The notes under the pieces are model-generated. The model searched no databases. It was not told the DNA's origin and saw nothing but the letters and a program-made list of their open reading frames with translations. DNA of 64,000 nt, from contig NW_004797973.1 in NCBI RefSeq assembly GCF_000002075.1, positions 34,304-98,303 of the forward strand, given 5' to 3'. Below, in pieces: positions 53,311-64,000 of this stretch. The DNA comes from Aplysia californica. Lineage: Eukaryota. How positions within the stretch are numbered: position 1 is the stretch's first letter; the number at the start of each line of letters is the position of its first letter. Both the position numbers and the translations under genes were made by a program.

Positions 53311-56294
53311 ACTACAAGTAGATTATTTTGCCCTTGAGGCTTATTCACACAGATGAAATTAAATAACGAGCGTTCCTGTACTCTTCAAGGGAACACCAAA
53401 TTGCGCTTTGGGACTGGAGGAGAGAGAGAGGGCAGGGCGTCCCATAAGTGGTTTATGTCAATACCTTTCTGGAATAGAGGGAGGGGGGGACTTGTCCTTT
53501 GAACAATTAAACATTTAATTTTGTGTTATTATGACGCGATGGAATCAGGTGCTTGTCAATATTAGGGCAAATGATTTGGAAATACTGGTAAAATCTTAAA
53601 GCCTGCCATCTATCTTGAATAGAAGTCGAAATGTTTGTGACTGAAGGAGTTGGGGGTGGCCTCGTGTCACTGTCAGGGGTGAAATGTTAGGCCATTTCCG
53701 AAACTGTGGCGTCCTTCAAAACTGCAAATTAACAGTATGTGTGCCTTTGCTCAACCATGTTCAATAACCAGGAATGTGTTTTGAATGAACATTAAAAAGT
53801 ATGGAGCCTCCCATCGCCCCCCCCCCCCCCCCCCCAATTTAAAGAAAAGATAAATAAATTAATTAATTAAAAAATGAATAAACAAATAAATAAATAAACA
53901 GATAAATAATATTTTAAAAAACAAACAAATAAAACATTTTAAAAAAATGAAAATAATAAAAATTAAAAATAATGTAAAAAATTGCCCGTACGAACGAAAA
54001 AAATGTCGGTTTCTTAAACTTCATTAGATATCTAGTCAGACGGGCGCCTGATTTTACCACTGTATCACACATTTTGAGTCAAAAATAATAAAAGGAAGGG
54101 GGAAAAAAAAGTGAGTGTGAGTAGGTGGGGGGGGGGGGGGGGGGGGCTAAATGGTTGACAGAAGTTGATATACATTTTTGTAAACCTCTCAAATAACTTA
54201 CTATTGTTAGTTTCGGTAATATGTCGCCTGACTCAACAACTGCATCAGCAACAAACAGCAACAGTAGCATCAAAAGCAACAACAACAACATCAAAACAAC
54301 AATACCAAAACAACAATAATAACAACAAAAACAAGAACNNNNNNNNNNNNNNNNNNNNNNNNNNNNNNNNNNNNNNNNNNNNNNNNNNNNNNNNNNNNNN
54401 NNNNNNNNNNNNNNNNNNNNNNNNNNNNNNNNNNNNNNNNNNNNNNNNNNNNNNNNNNNNNNNNNNNNNAAAAGGAGTAAAAAATCTAAATGAAAGAAAA
54501 GTCAAACCCAAATAGACGTGAGCACGGATTCAGTCTCATGTACACACATACAAACAAACACTCGCAATGGTTCTGGGCGCCACACACGTTTGCGTGAGCA
54601 TAATTGCCGGCTAGGAAATGAAAACAAACATAAAGAAGTGGAAAAAAACATTGTCAATGGGAATATTAAGCACAAGAGACCACGGCCACCACACGCAAAA
54701 CAAACACGTTCATACACATATCCCTCCTTCCTTCCGACCCAGCATCCTATCTCCAGGTAGGCGACTGCGCCAGTCGACTTCCGGTTCGTCCGTGCTCTAG
54801 ACGATGCTATCGCAGCGCTATAGATCTCATTCCTTCTAAGATTTCAATTCTTCTCCTCTGATTTTGTCGCTGCCAATTCTTACCTTAAATAAGAAGATAA
54901 AAGTCCGTGGAGCTGGGAGGGGGAGAAATCTGTCTCCGAGTCCGTCTTGTCTTACTCTGAACTTTGAGCAGCGGAGCTTTATGCTGAGGCATATCTATCT
55001 GTACTCTCGTAGTTTGGGGTAAGGTTCATGCACCGAGATAGGAACCTAACAAGGCCATGTAGGTTGTGTTCTATGATGTAGAGTCCCAAGGTTTTTCTCA
55101 TGTTCTTAGAGTAAAATGTCCTATCTGCCCCGAGTCCCTTCTTGAGTCCAGGTTCTTTTCCTTCGAGATGGTTTCCTAGGGTTCTGTACAGCTTTGCAGA
55201 CTTTACTGTCATTGTTCTAATCCCACAAAAACACACTTTAGCCGGGCGACTGTTTTGACTGTTGACCTGATATGGCCAGCCGTAGTTGTTGGAAATAAAT
55301 CCCTGTTGAAAAATGTGGATGCTCCTAGTATGTTCCTCGGCAGAGGAATCGAACTCACATGTTACATGTATTTCCAGTACGATAAGAAAAGCGTAACCAT
55401 AATAAATACAGACGCTGGTCACTACGTCTATATACAACGCAAGTGCACCAAAACCCTCGGGTTTCTGAACTCCATGCATTGCACTAACGCTGTTTAATCT
55501 GGACCCTATCTCTTCTTTTGGCAAGTGAGAACTGTATTAAGAAAGAGCAAGCTGACTTTATGCCCAGCAAAAAGTAACCTAACTTCAGGTTATACCATTA
55601 AACATTCTGAAAGACGTTTTCGTAAAGTAAATTCAACCAATTTGACAAGAGAATTTGCTTAATATGTTCATGTTCTCATAGGTGCTTCAGATATGATTTC
55701 CTCCTACGACCTCAACTGTTCTAAAACTCACACAATAATCAATGGTGTGAACTATTTCTTTCTTTCTTTCACTAATTAGACTGTCTATTTTAATTAAAGA
55801 TCTCTGTCTAGATCGCTTTTAACTCCACTTTGTCTACAAATACGAAATAATTAATTAGGCAACCTTAATGCGAGTCTTGTGTCTCCATATTCCTACTGTT
55901 GTGTTGAGGGCATTAAAAATGTAGACCAGCTCAAGTTAGTGGGGTGGGTATAAAGTATTCTGTCACAACACAGCTTGATGGGTGGTATTTGGCTGAGATC
56001 ATCCATAGGCTGAATTCAGTTCTGAATATTCTATGACTGCATTGTATTCTTGCATTCTTTTTTGCTCTGTGTGGATTTGGTATTATTCTCTATGTCTCTC
56101 TGTAGTTTTTGGTTGTTGTTTTTTTCTTGTCTATGCCTGCGTCTGATTTTCTTAAGTCTATCCTCCCATTTCGTCTCTGGAGTCTCACTTTCCTTTCCCT
56201 CTTACTTTCCATTTAAAACTCCATAACGAATGTTTCTCCGTGTGTGGGAACATCTTTTTGGATGTCTTTACGTCTGTTTCTCGCGGTGTCTAGT

Positions 56295-56383
<89 letters not shown>

Positions 56384-56494
56384 ATGTCTTCAGGCAGGAT
56401 CTCTGACTGACATAATGGCTCGGACAGAACAGCCGACATAATGGGTAATAGGTTAATTTGCCGCGGTGCGGAACGGTGCTAAAAGGTGCGAGAG

Positions 56495-56543
<49 letters not shown>

Positions 56544-57549
56544 AAGACACAGAGAGAGAGAGCACCTTCTCTGCAATGAATCTCTGTGTTCTACCGGAGC
56601 AAATCAAGGTTTTCATAGACCAACCGCTTTCTTTACAAATCATTTTTGATTGCTTTTTTTTTTCTCTGTATTCTAAACTGTTTTTGTTTTATAGTAAACT
56701 GATTTATTGCAATTTTCATTTTCAAATTATTTAGGCCAGGGTATGCAAACAAGGTCACGCCCGCCATTAAATTTGTTCAAGTTCTGACCCCTATGTTATC
56801 CTTATTTTTGGTCCGACAAAATGCAGGTAAGATTTTCCTAGCTTTCAAAATTTTTCAAAATGCTCAGCCTTACATAATATTATTGTGCTTTGAGTTCAGC
56901 ATAATTTCTTTCTCCTTATGATCATTTATAATTGTATTATATGTTCGGGCAGTATGTATATCCAGAGAATGTGTGGGGTTTTTTTAGTACATCTATTAAT
57001 TCTGGAGCCCTTGCGTCAAGCACTCTTGGGTTGAAAACAACAACAGTTAATGTAGATGGCGGCATGAGTACAATTACTCCACAGAAACAATAAATGCGCT
57101 CTTGAAATCCTATGGTACTGATAAACAACTACTTTCTGGTATCCCTCCCTAGTACGTAATAACTTCTTTTTTTTTAGCAGTCCTTTTTTTGGTAGGAGGT
57201 TGAAGGGTACCAGTGGCAGGTTTTTTTTCCCCTTTTCTTTCCCCCTCTCGTTTCTGTCCGTCTGCATATCTTTCTTTCTTTCCTTTTCTAACATTAAATA
57301 GTCGTCTTTTGTGGCGATGTGCCTCTGTTCACTAAGACCCCCCCCCCCCGCCCCCACCACCCCAAATAAATAAGTTCTTTTTCTTACTGTTTGATACTCC
57401 CTTGCGCTTCATCTATTTTGCAGGCTTGCAGAACACCCTCTGACTCTGATTATGCTGTTTTGCTGTAGCGTAGAATTCGAGAATGAACAGCCATGTAGTC
57501 GCGGGGACACACGGATGAACGCAGAGAGCCGAGAGGAGAGGAGAAGATT

Positions 57550-57988
57550 TGTGGGGCAGCGTGGTGGAATCAGGCTCTCTTCAAAATAATCAAAGTGAAG
57601 AAACTTGCACTTTTCCGCAGGTTTATGAATTTTTATCAAATTTTTGTTTTTTGGTTCAACACCTTTCATGCTCATTAAAGAATTCATTTCTGTGTTGATT
57701 TGTCTGAAAAACGTTGATTAAAGGCACAAAAAAATTTAAATTTTCAGTTACAATGGACTCTTAAGTTAAGGAAATAACTAATCTTTGGCGGCCATTTTCT
57801 CACTAATTCTACCTCTTTACACAGGTGATCCTCACCTCTTTCATTCGCAAATATATCTCGACTTGTATTCAAGATAAATGGATATTTTTTCATCCAAATG
57901 AAGACAAGCGAACAAGCTTTAAGATGATAACAATAACTCTATATGCACAAAAATTGACGAGAGCCTGATTCCACCACGATGCCTCACA
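57550..57988. mobile_element. About 435-bp TIR MITE (same family)
   Basis: TGTGGGGCAGCGTGGTGGAATCAGGCTCTC ... GAGAGCCTGATTCCACCACGATGCCTCACA. Confidence 0.85.
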
Positions 57989-58145
57989 TTTGTTGTCATC
58001 TGTCAGAGGCGACCCAACGGATGACAAATCTACGAGAGCAGAAAAGAAAGGAATTGACTTAGAGACGAAGCAAAGACACCTAGGCTTACAGGAATGAAAG
58101 GAAACTATTCTTGAAATTGTATTAGATGTCCTTTGGATTCTTTAT

Positions 58146-58200
<55 letters not shown>

Positions 58201-58764
58201 TTGACAGTTAAATTTTTCTCAGAAATGATTAAGTGAATGGAAGTTGTCCAGAGGTGAAACTGTGTTACACAGCTATAGTTCGTTAAATGAAGATAGCCTG
58301 GGTTTTTTCCATAGGCCATAGTTTTTGAAAATATGAAAAACGCTTAGGAGAAATTTTGTCTCCTTTTATTTGTCGTTTTATTGTCATCTTTTTTCTTCAT
58401 ATACAGTACATAACTAAGACTTGTTATGGGACACCCAGTTATCCAATTATCCATTCAAGCCGGTCAGGTGTAGGCANNNNNNNNNNNNNNNNNNNNNNNN
58501 NNNNNNNNNNNNNNNNNNNNNNNNNNNNNNNNNNNNNNNNNNNNNNNNNNNNNNNNNNNNNNNNNNNNNNNNNNNNNNNNNNNNNNNNNNNNNNNNNNNN
58601 NNNNNNNAGGGGGATGGGGATGGGGTGGTATGGCATTTGTCCATTTATTATTTTCTTCAGGTGCGTCAAGATAGACCCTGAAATTAATTGTTCAATACAT
58701 AACAACCATCATAGGAAAAAATTCAGGAAACAAGTTTTGCCAGGCAAGTATTTACCTGTGTTCT

Positions 58765-58945
58765 AAATTATTCTTGATTATGGTTGGTGGGTGCTCTGGT
58801 ACGGTGTGCTTCTTCTTTCCTATCAAACATCTATCATCCTTATCTCCCCCCCCCCCCCCTTCTGTTTTGTTTATGTTACTCTCTTGTATCCCCTCTAATC
58901 TTCGGCACTTATATGACCTAATTGTGTTACAAGTACCGTAAAATT
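58765..58945 (+). repeat. Dispersed SINE-like repeat; inverted copies at about 60355-60530 and 14075-14230
   Basis: Shared GGTGCTCTGGT..CTTTCCTATCAAACAT and GGCACTT..GACCT..TGTGTT motifs. Confidence 0.55.
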
Positions 58946-61900
58946 CATACTAAAACTAGGATCACTTTCTCTTTATGAAACCAACATTGACTGGTAGCCT
59001 TGACTGAGATCTTGAAATGGTACCTGGATGAACAACAAGATTAATTACAAGCTGCGTGTGAGGTCCAAGAAAAGAGTAAGGGTATTCCTTTGTGTTAAAC
59101 GTATTTCATCCATATCGCAAACATTAAAATTTACTATAAAGAAATCAATTGAAGTTTAAACAATACATGAGAACCTTAACTCTTTTTCAGTTAACCAATG
59201 AATGTTCCTCAGGTCAGCAGAAGCCTGTGGCATTTATTGCACAATGTTGATGACAACAAAGTCTGAAAAGTAGAATAATAATCACAAAGGCTGGTTATTA
59301 TCATGGATAAGTCTCACATGAGTTAACCCAATGCTTTGGGACATTATTAAAAAAGAAGCCCAAATTCGTAATTCGTATAGATTTTAAGTTTAAATGTCTT
59401 TATCCGAAACTTTAAATGGTAGGTAGTATTATGCATGCTATAAAATGTGCCAGATTAGTGTTTCTGATCTGTGTATCATCATTGTTTGAAAGGTTTCGTA
59501 ACATTGACTGTGGCATGCTGTTGATCGGACACAAGTATCTCCTTCGTCCTCCTGGAGTCAAATGCTCCCATCCCTATTAGTCCCCCCCCCAAAAAAAAGG
59601 TTCCAAAGACAAAAAATAACGATTTTTTTTTTAATTTCAGCTTTAAAATAGCTAGATCCAACTAGCAGTGGCGTGAAAAAATGGAACCCTCTTCAAAACA
59701 ATAACGAGGCCGATCGTCGAGACGATTCTGACCTCTGCTCACAAGCTCGTGCCTGTTCCCCACTCGGCTGTGCCAGTCTTCGGGACAGGGGTAGGGCGCG
59801 CGGGGATGAATTTGAATAATGCCAACATGTCTTGAATTGTCAGAATATGCGGTTCCTGTTATTTCAAGATCTCGGGGACCGCAACGCTTGCCATAGAGTT
59901 CTATCTCAAGTCGCTCTGGTTCTGTACCGAGACGTGATAACGGTGTGAAAAGCTGGAAATCAATACCCACGAAACGACACCGAGACGAATCCTATTCAAA
60001 ATCCGAAAAACGAAGAAGCGTGCAGTTTCGATAACGTTTCGTGTTAAATGATCAAACATAGCGTTTCTGACTGCCGCTGTTTGTTTTCTTTCGGTGACGT
60101 TTCGGTTTTCATGTCGTTTCGTGTGTATAAATTTTCGGCTTAAACTATGTCAACACACCCAAACTCCAACCTCGATCAAGTTCAGGAGCCAAACCGTTGC
60201 CAAAAAAATCTCCGACACTGATTCTCTCCCCTTCCTCTTCTGCTCCTAATTCCCTGTGCGGCATTTGGTGGCAATGGTCCCAATAGACACAGAAATTCGC
60301 ACAGCATGGACGTGAAGCGATGTACTCCTGGAGTTTGGCTTTAGTGAGAGTTTTACTTCACTTGCAACACAAATAGGTCTTATACAAGTGCCGAAGATTT
60401 TATGCGTTACTAGAGAGTAATGTGTACAGAAAAGGAGAAGAAGAAGGTATTGATAAGGATGATAAATGTTTGATAGGAAAGAAGGAGTAAATCACACCAG
60501 AGCATCCGTCAACCACAGACTATATATATACTCATGAAGATCTCTAGCCAGTTATTCTTTAGACTTGTCATATTATACCTTTACTTTTACAATTTTAGAA
60601 TGATTCTTTACAATTAACAAAATTTATGTAGTTTTCTAAGAAAGGGTCGGAAGCCCGTCTCCTGGAGGATCCCAACGCCTTCTCCCATTTTCTCCCCTCC
60701 CCCACTCCCAACTCTTCCTCCTGTTTTCCTTTTTTGTTTTTCAACTCTATGAATATTCCTCAAGCGTTCCCCTCTAAATCTTACACATTCTGTCACTTCC
60801 ATCCTTTTCTACTATCGACAAGCAAGCATTCGTGGTCATAGACCTTCTTGCCCGTTGGTAATAACTCTTCAAAACTTCTGTCGTTTTCTTCTGTCGTTAT
60901 ATAGGAGTATAAAAATGCATACATAGCTCATGTCATTGATAACAGTGGAGAGACCCCCCCCCCCTCCCTCCCCTCTTTTGCTGCAATCCCCTTACACACA
61001 TACCAAAAAGCCAGTGGAAAGATTATGGACAATAAGTGGATAAGAACACAAAGGTACAGAAGAACAGACGCTGTGTATTTGTTGGGGTTTTTTGTGGGGG
61101 TTTTTTAAAATTCTGTTTATATCTTTCTGTTCCCGCAACTAACAAAAATGCAACAAAACATTTCAACAGCTGACAGTGCTTGAGATAATAAATGAAGAGA
61201 ATTATTTTTTAGAATAAATACGAAAATGCAAAATAACGTATCAACTGAGACAACTATGACGGATGACGAGGTATGCGCGTTTGCGCGCGCGCGCGCGCGC
61301 GTGTGTGTCTTGTTTGTTTGTGTGTGCTGGTAAGAGAGATAGAGAAAGAGAGAGCGAAANNNNNNNNNNNNNNNNNNNNNNNNNNNNNNNNNNNNNNNNN
61401 NNNNNNNNNNNNNNNNNNNNNNNNNNNNNNNNNNNNNNNNNNNNNNNNNNNNNNNNNNNNNNNNNNNNNNNNNNNNNNNNNNNNNNNNNNNNNNNNNNNN
61501 NNNNNNNNNNNNNNNNNNNNNNNNNNNNNNNNNNNNNNNNNNNNNNNNNNNNNNNNNNNNNNNNNNNNNNNNNNNNNNNNNNNNNNNNGGTGGTGGTTGG
61601 TGTAAACCCTGACTACGGTACATGACTAGTGAGAGTGAGAGAAGGCGAGAAAGGCTATCTTTGTTTCTCTCCTTGCCCCTCCTCCTTCGCCTAGTGTGGT
61701 CCTTAGAATGGATGGTAGGCAGTGAGCTGACATTTATGTGGCCCGGCACTGGTTGCTCACTCGAAGACGAACGAAAGATTCAGGTCCAGAAAAGACAGAT
61801 TATTTCATTCTTGAAAGAAGCACATTCCCCCTTTTCAATTCATGCATTAGAATATTATAATGTTTTTAGTAGATATTATTATGTTCTTGATGAAAGATTA

Positions 61901-62797
61901 AGGTTACATTGCATGAGATTGTACAACAATTTCAGGATGACAAACTATTTTACAAAGTAAACCATGGGTGCTCTTTTCAATCAGTGAATTAGATTTTAAC
62001 ATCTGGTAAATGAATTAATCAATTAAGAGGGGGAGAGGCGCCCCAGCTGAAGGCTATCTCGCTTACTGGTGAATCAAATGTTACCAAATTTCACACATAT
62101 AATAAGCATAGTAATGAGTCCGCAATCATTTTTTTTTTTAAGTTTCGTTTCCATGGACAAGGTGGCCATATTGGATTTTGTTGACATGTATTGCGTAATT
62201 AATACTGCACTTATTTTTCATGGAAAAACATTTTTGTTTTTGTTTTTGCAAGCATCTTACCAAACAATAGATTTACAAATTTGTTTGATGAATTTTTCCA
62301 GAACGTGCTAGAACATTTTTAATCAATTTTTACTTGAGGTAGCATTCACGTTTGCTAAAAAAAATCCGTGAAAAACCACCCTCCAAACACCACCAATAAA
62401 TCTTTTTCAATATTTCAAAAATTCATCACTTAGATTTTTAACATTACACCTTTTTTCATTATGTGGAAATATCATGGAGATTGGATGAAAAAAAGGTGGA
62501 GTTATTTTTCAAAATACATTGAAGAACCACGTTTTGAGAAAACGGGGAATAAAGAAAAATAAAAGATTGACTTTATGAGGAAATGATGGTGACAAACATG
62601 CCGGTATGGGAAGAAATAAGGTTTAAAGGGGTTCTTATGCGATGAAATAGTTGTAAGAGAGGCTGAAGAAGCTAAAAATGCTTACAATTTAAAATCCATA
62701 ATTTTGAGCAGAATCGGGACTTTTTAAAAAAATGTATCAATTGACAGAATTGTCAATCAATCATCCGATGGAGCTGGCAGTATTGCATAATTGAGAG

Positions 62798-63030
62798 TGC
62801 GGTGGCGGAGTGGTTAGTGCGCTTGTCTCCAAAGCGGGAAGCCCGGGTTCGAGCCTCGGTTCAGACACGGATTTTTTTCGCCCCCTCCTGCCCACCCAAC
62901 AGTAATGGTTACTTGACTTCTGGTTGGGGAAGTAAAGGCGACGTGGAAAGGAACTGGCCACTCTACCACAATATGTATGCCAAAGGCTCAGAAAGTTGTC
63001 TCACTAACAAGGCTATCCCCAATATACGGA
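62798..63030 (+). mobile_element. tRNA-derived SINE
   Basis: A box GGTGGCGGAGTGG, B box GGTTCGAGCC, followed by a non-tRNA body (CCCACCCAACAGTAATGGTTAC). Confidence 0.7.
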
Positions 63031-64000
63031 TCCGATGCGGGAACAACTTTTTCTTTACTTCACTTGTTTACTGGCTATTTATCTGTCATCCTTTCCTATC
63101 AGACAGCAGTTGCTTTAACAGCAACCCCCCCACCCCTCCCCATCCCCCTTCTTCAAAAAAAAGGGAGAAAATTTTTACTTTCAAAATGTTTGACCACGCT
63201 AGAGGTATAACCTTCACATATAATCGGTTTTATAAAAGGAGGGAAAAGAGGAAAAGGAGGGGGAGGAGGGAGGGGGGAGGAAACATGAGTCGTGAGGTAA
63301 GTGAGAAAAAGGTGAGAAAGGCTATCTTTGTTTTTCCAGTTCTTCCCTTTCCCCGCCCACTTCTCCCAGTGTGGTCCAAAGAATGAATGGAAACTGACAT
63401 TTATGAGGTCTATCTCTGGCAGCTTACGAGAAGATGAACGAAAGATTGATAGGCTAAAAAGAGGGATATATAGCAAGACATGTGCTTTGTTGATGCATGA
63501 ACATAAATAAATATGCTCCAGCCGGTTGTCTCGTGTGGGAGGAAAAGGGAAAAAAATAATTTTATTATTGCTTTGACATGTCAGATTATACAATGAGATA
63601 TACAGCTGAAAGATCGATAGATTTATCTATCAGATATTCACTTCATACTTTTATGATTCATCAATAAACAATTACGTCATTTTGAAAGGAAAAGAAAGAA
63701 AGCAGTGGTATGTCCCTTTCGGGACAGTTTGGCCATTGCTGAAGTAAAATTCATCCTAGCCTCTAATGAAGAAACATCAAGGATGCTGTCAATGACTAAA
63801 TCCGTTCTTTAATCAATTGTTCGAATAAAAGCCAATGAGAGCTAGAGCAAGAGCATACAATTCTTTATGAATTATATCAATGCGTTTATACACCCTTTCG
63901 GTAGTTATAACAATGCATCAATCTTCACTTTCACAATAAACGACATATTTTTGTTGTTGTTGCAGTTCAGGTTGCTTCTAACACATCTGACCTGTGCTGA

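Noticed and set aside
62802-63386. 194-aa ORF
   Set aside because: Starts inside a SINE and runs through low-complexity purine and pyrimidine tracts.
1-64000. CRISPR arrays, operons or prokaryotic defence systems
   Set aside because: The sequence is intron-containing animal DNA with no repeat-spacer arrays or dense ORFs.

Overview
Eukaryotic animal DNA: about 36-38% GC by eye, microsatellite-rich, with many N gaps. It is probably an invertebrate such as a mollusc, which is an inference. The only clear protein-coding gene is GPAA1 (GPI-anchor transamidase subunit) on the minus strand. I could reconstruct 13 phase-consistent coding exons by hand (30298 to 17071, 2007 nt, about 668 aa), plus a probable short non-coding first exon and promoter near 32.93-33.0 kb. 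Its eighth coding intron is U12-type (minor spliceosome; ATATCCTTT donor, CCTTGAC branch site) and appears to end in AT rather than the usual AC. The rest of the window is a transposon landscape: a tandemly duplicated, internally deleted PIF/Harbinger element (MADF gene plus DDE transposase), non-autonomous Helitrons, piggyBac-, Tc1- and pogo-like MITEs, a roughly 435-bp TIR MITE family, RTE LINE fragments and tRNA-derived SINEs. There is a possible unannotated plus-strand transcription unit near 2.2 kb with a 124-nt hairpin downstream. The gene-free right half (33-64 kb) has CpG-rich, enhancer-like patches. I found no convincing novel multi-gene system; the most noteworthy item is the apparent AT-AT minor intron.
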